20,000 nt of DNA from Malacoraja senta (GCA_038087875.1 JAXLNO010000315.1:59778-79777); one strand, 5' to 3'; shown: positions 9,504 to 18,542, counted from the first letter of the stretch. Translations and numbers: made by a program. The notes: generated from the letters alone by a model not told the origin.

Positions 9504-10480
9504 ATCAGAGGGAGTCTAAAGAAGGGGTCTCTACCCAAAACATCACCCAATTTCTTCTATCCAGAGATGCTGGCTGCTCCATGGAGTTCCCCCGCACAAT
9601 TAAAGCATGGAATTGTCTTCATCCTACCATAGTTACCCAACCAGACGCAACTAAATTTAAGGTAGCTCTTTTTCCCCAAGAACCCTTTTTTGCTTAAGTC
9701 CAAGTCAAGAGTCAAGAGAATTATATTTTCATGTGTCCCAGATAGGGCAATGAAATTATTGCTTGATGCAACACAACAGAATATGTGAACATAATACAGA
9801 ACAGGAGATAAAAGTTCAGTGTGTCTATATACAATAGAGCATATATATACACAATAAATAAACAGAAAAAGTGCAGTAGGCTGTTATTGTGCTGAGTTTG
9901 GAGTTTGGTGGTGGATTAATTTAACTTGGAATATTTTTGGAGGACCAGGAAACCAAGAAGCAAGATATACTCCAGGGAGTTACACCAGCTCCAGGGAGTG
10001 ATTCTGCATCGGGTTTCAGCGGTCGCTGCGAGGCGGCAACCGGACTGCAATGGCGGCCAGATCTCCCACAATTCAAAAGGAGGGAGAAAGTGCCCAGTGC
10101 TGACCAGTTGCCGTGGCAGTACGCATGTGCAGGGCGGCCGATGATGTGCTGGCCATGGTTGTGCGCATGTGTAGGGGGAGGATGTGCAGGCCGTGGCAGT
10201 GCGCATGTGCAAGGCGGCCGGCTGTACGGGCGGATGAGGAGCGGCCAGACCAAGGATCATAGAGGGAAGATCTTTGGGCCGGTAGTGGAGACGGAGAGTG
10301 TCAGTGGGAGAGATAGAGACGGGTGTGCCCGCTCAGAGATGAACGATAGGTGTCCCCGGTGCTTGCCAAGCCGGGCAAAATGACACGGCTTTTAGGTTGC
10401 CCGGCGGGACTTTAGGTGGCCATTGGCACCCGTGCAACCGTTAATTTCGAGCCCTGCAGAGGAAACCGTTATATAATCTC

Positions 10481-10750
10481 GGCGGTACAGTGGCGCAGTG
10501 GTACAGCTGATGCCTCACCGCCAGACACCCGGATTCTCCCCTTGACCTGCGCAGGTTTTTAATCTGTGTACACCGGTTTCCTCCGACATTTCAAAGACGT
10601 TCAGGGTTGTAGATTAATTGACCTCTGCAAAATTGTTAAATTGTTCCTAATGTCATAGGATAGTGCTAGTGTACAGGGTGATAGGTGGTCGGTGCAGATT
10701 TCGTGGGCCAAAAGTCCTGTTTCCGCGCTGTATCTCTAAACTAAACTAAA
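10481..10750 (+). mobile_element. HE1-like tRNA-derived SINE with CR1-derived tail (B-box region deleted)
   Basis: A-box TGGCGCAGTGG, central core, tail CCTGTTTCCGCGCTGTATCTC(TAAAC)n. Confidence 0.8.
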
Positions 10751-10832
10751 GAAGGGTATCGACACAAAATATCACCCATTCCTTCTCTCCACAGATGCTG
10801 CTTGACCCGCTGAGTTACTCCAGCACTTTGTC

Positions 10833-10997
10833 ATAGAGTGATACAGCGTGGAAACAGGCCCTTCGGCCCAACGACTACACCGAACAACATGTCCCATCTA
10901 CACTAGTCCCACCTGCCTGGGTTTGGTCCATATCCATCCAAACCTGTCCTGCTCATGTACCTGTCTAACTGTTTCTTAAACAATGGGATAGTCCCAT
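10833..10997 (-). mobile_element. CR1 LINE extreme 3' end
   Basis: Minus strand FKKQLDRYMSRTGLDGYGPNPGRWD*, then GGGCCGAAGGGCCTGTTTCCACGCTGTAT tail. Confidence 0.85.
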
Positions 10998-11003
10998 TGT
11001 TTA

Positions 11004-11325
11004 ATGGGGAGGGAGATGGGTGAGGGGTGGAAGGGTGAGGGTGAGGGGGTGAGAGTGAGGGGTGGTGAGTATGGGAGGGAGAAGGATGAGGGGGGGAGGG
11101 GTGGGGAGTGGGGTGAGGGGAAAGGGTGAGGGAGGGGTGGGGAGGGTGAGGGAGGGGGGAAGGGTGAGAGGAGGGAGGGTGAAGGGGGGTGGGTGAGAGG
11201 GTGAGGGGGGGGGATGGTGAGGGTGAGGAGGGGGGAGGGTGAGGGAGGGGGGAAGGGTGAGAGGAGGGAGGGTGAAGGGGGGTGGGTGAGGGGGTGAGAG
11301 GGGGGAGGGTGAGGGGGGGGAAGAG
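11004..11325. repeat. G-rich low-complexity tract (GGGTGAG/GGGAG units), G-quadruplex-prone
   Basis: Dense runs of G3 or longer, seen directly. Confidence 0.9.
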
Positions 11326-11830
11326 GCGCCGCACCGACCTATCATCGAATCCATTGGCCGCTGGCGCTGCCCGTCAGTGCGGGGGCGGCACCCTGGTCGC
11401 CGGTCACGTGAGGCCGACGCCGCCGCTCGGCCCCGCGTCCTTTCCCCACCCCCTCCTCCCTTCCCGAGGGCGACCCGAGGAGCCGGAGGCCGAGGCGTGC
11501 GGGCGGATGTCAGTGAGGGAAGGAGGTCTTGGAGGCCGCGGTGTAGCGGATCCAGTCCTCCCGGCGCAGAGCGTCTGGGCCTCCGACTGTAGCGCCCCTG
11601 GCGGAGGGATGCCGCGGTGCAGCGCCTATGGTCCTCCGAATATAGCGCCCCTGGCGGCGGGAGGCCGCTGTGCAGCGCCTATGGTCCTCCGATTGTAGCG
11701 CCCCTGGCGCGGGAGGCCGCGGTGCAGCGCCTATGGTTTGGCGGTGACGTCTGGGCAGCGGTCGTGCGTGCAGGCGGTTGACGTCACGGCGGCTCGACGC
11801 GGTTCCCGTTTGATCGTCGTCCCCAGGTTG
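11326..11830 (+). promoter_or_regulatory. CpG island, probable promoter / non-coding first exon of the zinc-finger gene
   Basis: High GC and CpG density; reverse CCAAT (ATTGG ~11353), E-box GTCACGTGA (~11403), CRE TGACGTCA (~11779). Candidate donor CAG|GTTGGT at 11826/11827 and strong acceptor CCCCTCCTGCAG| at 12079/12080. Confidence 0.65.
11580..11737. repeat. 3 x 53-bp tandem repeat within the CpG island
   Basis: Units at 11580, 11633 and 11686: CCTCCGAnTnTAGCGCCCCTGGCGGnGGGAnGCCGCnGTGCAGCGCCTATGGT. Confidence 0.92.
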
Positions 11831-12204
11831 GTGCGGGTACCCCCCCCTTCACCCCACTTCTCCCCTCTCTACCTCCTTTCACCCTCACCCCCCTCTACTT
11901 CCTCCCCCCCCTCTCTCCCCTTCCCCCCTCACCCCCCTCCCCACTCTCTCCCCTTCCCCCCTCGCATCACCCCTTCCCCCCTCCCCCCTCTCACCCCCCC
12001 CTTCAAGCACTAGTAATGTTCACGTGTTAGTAATGATCTGTTTACCAGCTTGTTGACCCTCTGTGTTCCCCTCCTGCAGGGTTTAGGTGTCGTTGCTATG
12101 TACGGAGAGATGGGGACGTGAGCGGCCATTGAGGGCGCCCAGGGTACCAGTGAGCCCCCCCATCTGCTCGGTGTGTGGGCTGAGCTTCAAGGGGCTGAAC
12201 TTCA

Positions 12205-12855
12205 ATGGAGGACCACATGATTGGGCACAATAAGGAGAAGCATTATGAGTGCGACGTGTGTGGCAAGGCCTGGCAGCGCCCAAGCCAGCTGGAGGCACAC
12301 CAGCGGGTGCACACGGGAGACCGCCCCTTCGAATGCTCTGACTGCTGCAAGAGCTTCAAGACAGCGAATCACCTGAAGGACCACCGGCGGGAGCACACGG
12401 GTGAGAAGCCCTATGGCTGCTCCATCTGCGGAAAGGGCTTTACCCGTTCGTCGGGGCTGAGGGAGCATCGGCAGGTGCACAGCAGTGAGCGGCCCTTCAC
12501 CTGCTCCGACTGTGGCCAAGGCTTCAAGTCGTCCACGCAGCTAAAGGTGCACAGGCGCCTGCACACTGGGGAGCGGCCCTACACCTGCAGCGAGTGTGGC
12601 AAGAGCTTTACCCGCTCCAACAACCTGCTGGATCACCAGCGCACCCACACCGGCGAGCGCCCCTTCACCTGCGCCCAGTGTGACAAGGGCTTCACCAACT
12701 CCTACCGCCTGCTGGAGCACCAGCGCACCCACACCGGCGAGCGCCCCTTCACCTGCGCCCAGTGCGGCAAGAGCTACACCCGCTCCTCCAGCCTGCTGTC
12801 CCACCAGCAGGTGCATGCCGGCAACCGACCCGTTCCCAGCCCAGAGTGTGGATAG
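12205..12855 (+). CDS. Tandem C2H2 (Kruppel-type) zinc-finger protein, 7 intact fingers, no effector domain seen; possibly a truncated allele or young pseudogene
   Basis: Seven CxxC-x12-H-x3-H units with TGE[KR]P-type linkers; TAG stop inside a degenerate eighth finger. Confidence 0.8.
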   Translation: MEDHMIGHNKEKHYECDVCGKAWQRPSQLEAHQRVHTGDRPFECSDCCKSFKTANHLKDHRREHTGEKPYGCSICGKGFTRSSGLREHRQVHSSERPFTCSDCGQGFKSSTQLKVHRRLHTGERPYTCSECGKSFTRSNNLLDHQRTHTGERPFTCAQCDKGFTNSYRLLEHQRTHTGERPFTCAQCGKSYTRSSSLLSHQQVHAGNRPVPSPECG

Positions 12856-13319
12856 CACTTTACCATGGCCTCCCACGCCCTGTCTCACCAGCGCGTGCAC
12901 ACCAGTGGTCAGCCATATGGCTGCGCGTACTGCGGTGAGGCGTTTGACAGCTCGTTGGAGTTGCCGCAGCACCGGCGGGCCCACGCCGGCGAGTGGCTGC
13001 TCCCACTATGGAAAGCATTTCAAGAACGCACGGGGGCTGCGGGAGCACCAGCGGGTACACACCGGAGAGAGACCCTTTGTGTGCACTGAGTGTGGCAAGG
13101 GTTTCGCCCGCATGACCTGCCTGTGGCAGCACCGGCGTACCCACAGCGGTAAGCGTCCCTTCCCCAGCCCTTCCTGTGGTAAGGGCTTCGCTCTCCTTGA
13201 CCACCTGCTGGAGCACCGGCGAGCCCACACCAGCCAGTGCCCCTTACACCTGCCCGTTCTGTGGCAAGGCCTTCGCCCACTCCTCCAGACTGCTGGCACA
13301 TTTCGATGTGGATAGGTGA
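12856..13319 (+). pseudogene. Decayed continuation of the zinc-finger array (about 6 fingers, 2 frameshifts)
   Basis: ...HQRVHTSGQPYGCAYCGEAF...; GKHFKNARGLREHQRVHTGERPFVCTECGKGF...; YTCPFCGKAFAHSSRLLAH in successive frames. Confidence 0.85.
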
Positions 13320-13968
13320 TAAAGTTTGATTACTTATCACAGACAAGTCAAACACAAAGTAGGCAAGATTCTTTTATTCGCTAGCAGGAGTGTGCTCGAA
13401 GCTATACACCTTAGCTTCCCTGTCGCACAACTCTCAGAACAAAGAAAAGTTAGTACAATTTTAGTCATTTCTTATCAATAATCACACCTACCGAGTCTAT
13501 AGCATGATTGAAAGAATCTGTAGCCTTTCAGGAAATAAGGAGCTAGACCCATATCAAGCTAAACCAATAGCAAGTTATTAGTAAACTATGCACTGTCAGC
13601 AGTATTCTCCAATGTTAGCTCAGGCATCTGCACATGTTTTTACTGTGTTCATCCATATCAGTTTCGAGACAAAGTTTCTAGACAAAGAAGGACAGCCGAC
13701 TCCATTTTGTGTCAAGGTTGGCACAGTCATTATTGGCAGGAGTTATTGCCCTGTCCTTGATTCTAATCGTATGTTTCTTAAAATTGTCAATTATATCAGA
13801 TTTGGCACCGAGCCTCTTTTCTCAAACAATTCTTTCTCATATTACGTATACATTGTAGTTAGTAGAGAAATAGAGACTACTTACAATGTCTCTATTTCTT
13901 AAACTCCTGTTAGAAACGACTGCATTATTTCTTAAAATGTTGTTAAATAAAATGTAATAACTCTTTCA
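13317..13968 (-). mobile_element. ERV 3' LTR (~652 bp)
   Basis: On minus it starts TGAAAG right after the PPT and ends ...CTTTATCA, with AATAAA at 13373-13378. The 13317 boundary is inferred from TG..CA and the compositional switch. Confidence 0.75.
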
Positions 13969-15113
13969 TTCCCTCCTTTTATCATAAAATGATAACTTTC
14001 GCAGTGCTCTGTATCTACACAATGGTCGAAAGCATTTAATAATGAAAAGCAGAAGGATAGAGCCATAATGTATCACAATACCCCTAATTCCACCAAACCA
14101 ACGGCATGGCACCGGTTCCCATTACTCTCACCGTATCCATACATCTCACTGCCAACCCTACGGTTCTTCTCAATTTCTTGGGAAATGTGGGTAGCAACGT
14201 CAGTGATATTAGAGGATTATCAGGGATGTAGGTGCAACACTCTTGTCCTTTAAATAAAACAGGTGCCCCCTTTTTTTCTGCCAAGATCAAGTCTTATGCC
14301 ATATGATCTGCAAGGCCCATAGTGCGGATGGCAACCATGTCTGCTGAAAGAGACGTTCTGGCCGTCTTTGCATTTGCTAGGGCTTCGACAGTTGTATTTG
14401 TTAGTGATTCCATGGTGGAAGCAATATTGAGCAACTCCCTAGCTAACTTGGCTTTCCTGCAGAGGGGAAAGCGATCATACAACACCTCTGTGCTTCCCAG
14501 ATACCCCTTTTGACTCTTAGGGTTTTAGCTACCTCTGCAAGATCCTGGACCACTTTCATGCAGGGAACAACATATCTGTAGTCTTCCGTTGGCATCCCTG
14601 GCAGCCAAGGGTATGCCCGTAACTCACACACAAATTATATTCCATTTACTGGTTGTGGTGGTCTCTGAGGAGAGATTGTGGTGCATGAGCTGTTCCCAAA
14701 TATGTCCCTTTCTCTGGGTTGTTGCATTGACATGAGTTATTTATTGGTATATGGGGATTGCTTGTTATACTCAACCTTCAGCCTGGTTCAAACGGGCTTG
14801 TGTACCATCCTTTAAAATTGTTATACTTGGGTTCCCTGTGCTTGTTGGTCACATTCCCATATACTTGCGAGATTACTTGGCAACTGCCAGATGCCGTGAT
14901 GTTGTGAAAACGGAGTAGGACCACAGGCTTTCATTCTGGTTTAGGGCTATTGGCACCAGTGGTACACGTCCTCTGCTGTTGTGGGGAAGATAAGTGCACA
15001 CCCGACAATTGCTGCCATTCCCCCTACAAACTAACTCATCTCATAGACAAAAAGGTATTAGTCCAGATCATCTGGGCCATTTCCAGAACACCGAAGAGAG
15101 TCATTAATCTCAT
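13966..15113 (-). pseudogene. env: ERV envelope pseudogene, gamma-type Env
   Basis: Signal-like MRLMTLFGVL; NTFL..SNCRVCTYLP (CXXC); furin site RVKR at 14506-14517; heptad repeat; decayed ISD (..HMA*DLILAEK) and QECCTYIPDN; WFGG plus hydrophobic segment. Multiple stops and frameshifts. Confidence 0.9.
13969..13980 (-). other. Retroviral polypurine tract
   Basis: AAAAGGAGGGAA immediately 5' of the LTR TG on the minus strand. Confidence 0.85.
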
Positions 15114-15231
15114 TGTCCTTTTTCCTGTATCCAATCCTTTTGCCTTCGGTTAGGTGTACCCAACGAGGACGATCTTCGACCTTCACTGCTGTAGGTGTGG
15201 TCAGTAGTACTTGGAAGGGCCCTTTCCACCG
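15058..15231 (-). pseudogene. pol: ERV pol, integrase C-terminal domain
   Basis: RWKGPFQVLLTTPTAVKVEDRPRWVHLTE...DLD*, the class I retroviral IN C-terminal (GPY/F) motif; overlaps the env start. Confidence 0.9.
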
Positions 15232-15249
15232 CTCTATGCTGGTAGTGGT

Positions 15250-15640
15250 TTCTGCGTCTGCAATATCTGTAAATGCAAAAATTTTATTTAAATTTTTTTT
15301 TTAATTTATTAGAAGTACATTACATTACAACCACATACATTAGTACTCGTCACTTATGTCTTCTTACAATTAATGTACTCCGTTTGTTTTTTACACTAGT
15401 AAAAGGAAAGGATAAGATTGAAAGAAAGAAGAAAGTGAAGGAAAAAGTGAGAGTGTAGAAAATGTGACAACAAGAAAGAACGAAGACCCTATAAGAACAA
15501 AATTAAAACAAAAGAAAAAGAGTTAAGAAATAGACCCTAGAAAAGAAGGAGAAAGAGAAAGAGGAAAAAGAGAGAAACAAATAGTTTTTATGAGCAGTAA
15601 ATGCAAAACTGACAAGGTTCGGGTTAATTGCTGTGCGTAC
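15250..15640 (-). other. AT/purine-rich insert within the ERV integrase, possibly a LINE 3' tail
   Basis: No pol homology; T-run plus TTTATT at ~15292-15310 resembles a minus-strand poly(A) end. Confidence 0.35.
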
Positions 15641-15649
15641 ATAATTTGG

Positions 15650-17250
15650 TAATCGCTGAGACCTGTAGGTCAGAATTAACTTCCACACTCTAGTCGCACA
15701 CCAAGGGGTATGTAGCGTGGGGTCACCCTCATTACAGATAGAGGGCCATCTGCTGGTTGGTTCATAGCTTGTCATATTAGCAGTTCAAAAGGTGTAAAAC
15801 CAGTCTCTGTAGCTTGGTGTTTTGAACTGTCAAAATGGCTGGGAATACCATAACTCATTCCTGTCCAGTCTTGGTCAAGGCTTTACTTAAACTCTTTAGT
15901 GTCCTACTAGACTAAATGGGACTCGGTGGGTCCCTGTCACACAGGCTTGGTCCCCCCAATGCAATATTCCACCACTCACCTATAGCCCCCAACTGCTCTG
16001 GCGCGGCTCATTTCCCCTCATCCCTAGCACTCTCTATCCCTCCTCTTCACCCTCCCCTCTTCTTTCCACTCTCCTCCTCCCCTCCTCCAATCCCTCCCTC
16101 ACCTCTCTCTCCATCTCCTTTCCCCTACCCATAGTCATTCCCTCCCTCCATAACTTCTCTCCCCTCCCTATCCCCTCCTATCCCTCTCTCCCCCACCGCC
16201 CCCACTCACCTCCCCTACCCCCCCACTATCCTCACCTCCCCCACTGCCCTCTCCCTCTATTCCCCATTCCCTACCTCCCCCACTGCCCCTTCACTACTAC
16301 CCCCTCCTCTCCCTCTATTCCCCCTCTACCCCCACTCTCCCTCCTCACCTCCTCCCTCTCCTACCCTCCCCCAATCCCTCCCTCACCTCTACTTTCCCCG
16401 ACCCTCAGTCACTCCCTCCCTCCTTCCATTAGTCCTATCCCCTCCCTACTCCCCTCCTCTCCCTCTATCCCCTCCCCCCCCCCCAGGATCTCGAGGTTGC
16501 CTTCTTGTGTGCCCCGGAGGAGCATCAGCCGTCGGCGCCCTCAGAGCCAGGCCTCAGATTGGCCCGGAAACACCAGCAGCTACAGCCGTGTGGGCGGGAG
16601 GAGGGTGTGGGGGGGGGGGCATAGAGCTTGGAGAAAAGACGGGGCCAGAGCCATGAGGGAGAGGGCGGTATCACGGGGGAGGCGGAAGGAGCCAGTGAGG
16701 GGGACCAGAGAGGAAGGGGCCGGAGCTGCGGGCATTGCAATGGCGGTGCGTTTGGGACTCACAGCGAGTGCTGGACGCTCTCCTCCGCCGGGATCAGATT
16801 CACCACTTTCCTTTTGGCGAGATTGCCGCACCGCTTCCGGTCCATCCGTAAATTATGGATCTTGGCCAGCTACCCACAGCATCCCTCAGCTCCAGTAAAG
16901 ACGCGATGGAGCAGGAAGGGGCAGACCGTCCCGGGGGAGTGACAGGAGGAGAGACTAATCCGCACGCCGCTGACTGGCAGGAGAGGAGATCGATCCGTAC
17001 ATGCGTGGTTTTTAAGATTTTTAAACTGCATTAACTTACAATATACCACCGATCGGAACAAAACGTGTTGCACTCGCAAAACAGGAAAACGGTGAGTGAG
17101 TTGGTGGAAAATCGTAGCGCTATCTTGTACCATTTTTTGCGCAAATAAAAAAAACACGCAAACTGGAAGAGCACAAGATCAGAGCTTTAGTTATGTATAG
17201 ATAGATTAATTCCCTCCACTAATCCAGAACTCTGCGGGTGGTGGGGGATG
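15650..17250 (-). pseudogene. pol: ERV pol, integrase core (17206-17250 and ~15650-15906) split by a Helitron
   Basis: Joining the flanks gives IPHHPQSSGLVEGIN RTLKSLSKALTKTGQE*VMVFPAIL, then TGFTPFELL in the next frame. Confidence 0.88.
15907..17205 (-). mobile_element. Non-autonomous Helitron, complete (1299 bp)
   Basis: Minus strand starts TC (TCTATCTATACATAACTAAAG) and ends CTAG, with the hairpin GGGACCCACCGAGTCCC 7 nt before CTAG. It sits between host A and T with no TSD. Confidence 0.9.
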
Positions 17251-17799
17251 TAAGATCACTCTTTAACTACTTACAACGTAGACTCCTATGAATAAATAAA
17301 TAGAATAATTTAAACAATATTCCCAATTGTTCCAATCTGAGTTTCACATGGCCAATGTGAAATTCAGATCCTTCTTGAACTCAATTCAAAAAGTAAGAAA
17401 TAGGAAGAAAATAAACTTTAAATACCGTAAGACCAAACAACTGTATTTTTGCAAAAACAGTTAATTTTCATTGCTAATGTCTTTTCAAAGAACAAAGAAC
17501 TGCAGCTTCTTAAAGAGACACACACTATCTCTTAAAATCTCTTAAAATACATGAGATTCAAACCCTGGGAACAGAAGAACAAAAGAACGAAGGGAGCACT
17601 GTAAGTATGGTTACGTGATGTACATCTGGTGAGGCAATAGAACAAGAAGATCTATCGTCTGATAAGGGACAGAACTTGGATGAATGACAGAGTGGCAGGG
17701 AGACAGAGAGACAGAGTTAGAATAAATTCTTCCATTCGAATATTAAAAGAAAACTAGTACAAAAGAATGATCCTAACATACATTAGGTACAAAAAATGT

Positions 17800-18240
17800 T
17801 GCAGCCCCCTCCTTTCCAAAAATTCACATTGCACATTAGAGGCGTCCCTCTGTATTAACTTTACATTCCATTGTCTGACAGAGCCGTTCTGTCTACTAGA
17901 ATCTTTGGTTCTGTGGGGACCAAGCTAGGGCATTCCCCTGGGAGTCTTTGCAGTTGCGGCCACCCATATGAGCATTGCACTTAAGGTGGACTGAGAGGGC
18001 TAAGGCTTGCTGCAGGTTTATCACATAGAGTGGCCAGTGCTATTTCTAAATTGTGAAAGTCTTCTTGTGGGAGTGAGAGTTAAAATAGAAAAGAATTAAC
18101 CAAGCCCAGAAAAGCCCTCATCTGCTCGAAGTGCGCGGGCTGGTGTGATTCACAATGGGATGGTTTGATTCCCTGTCAGTCAGGATCCTGGGTGCTGTGA
18201 TTGGAAAAGGTGTCCTTTTTTGCACCTGCAGTTCCTTGGT
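17800..18240 (-). pseudogene. pol: ERV pol RT thumb/connection relic (heavily decayed)
   Basis: EQMRAFLGLVNS at 18092-18127 (compare RQLRxFLGLxGY), then FHNLEIALA; order and strand match the provirus. Confidence 0.6.
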
Positions 18241-18259
18241 TTTAAACTATTCTGGTTAA

Positions 18260-18355
18260 CCATCTCTTCACCTTCCCCGAAGCCTCCACATCAGTCCTCT
18301 AATGGAGTGACCAGAATTGTATGCAATACTCCAAATGCTACCTGACCAATGTCCC
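18260..18355 (-). mobile_element. CR1 ORF2 fragment
   Basis: LVR*HLEYCIQFWSLH on the minus strand. Confidence 0.75.
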
Positions 18356-18542
18356 TTATAGGCTGTGGGCCGAGCATCAAAAATGTGTCTAGAAATAGAT
18401 TTTCGTGACCCAGGTCACCAAACTACATGAAAATTTCCACAGATTTAGATGAAATATAATTGAGAAGGAAGTCATAACTCGTCATTGCCAAAAGTTGCAC
18501 ATTAATTAATTAAACTAATTAGAAAATAAGATTGGGAAAGTA

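Larger units (their letters stand above)
7910..10456. mobile_element. Putative hAT5-type DNA element with 5-bp TSD enclosing other repeats
   Basis: Left end CAGGGCTCTCACTTAAC, right end (reverse complement) CAGGGCTCGAAATTAAC, 13/17 identical. CAGAG flanks both sides (7905-7909, 10457-10461). Shared subterminal motifs GCCGGGCA, TTTTAGGTT and AAATGACA. Confidence 0.6.

Noticed and set aside
10481..10540. tRNA gene
   Set aside because: Only an A-box-like SINE head; no cloverleaf or B-box.
10903..11354. Pro/His-rich extensin-like ORFs
   Set aside because: Reverse translation of the G-rich low-complexity tract plus a CR1 tail.
12202..13355. Antisense and alternative-frame ORFs over the ZNF array
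   Set aside because: Expected shadow ORFs of GC-rich C2H2 repeats. ORF 12596..13315 contains fingers only because of a frameshift.
13966..15113. Syncytin-like captured env
   Set aside because: Multiple stops and frameshifts and a damaged ISD; not an intact ORF.
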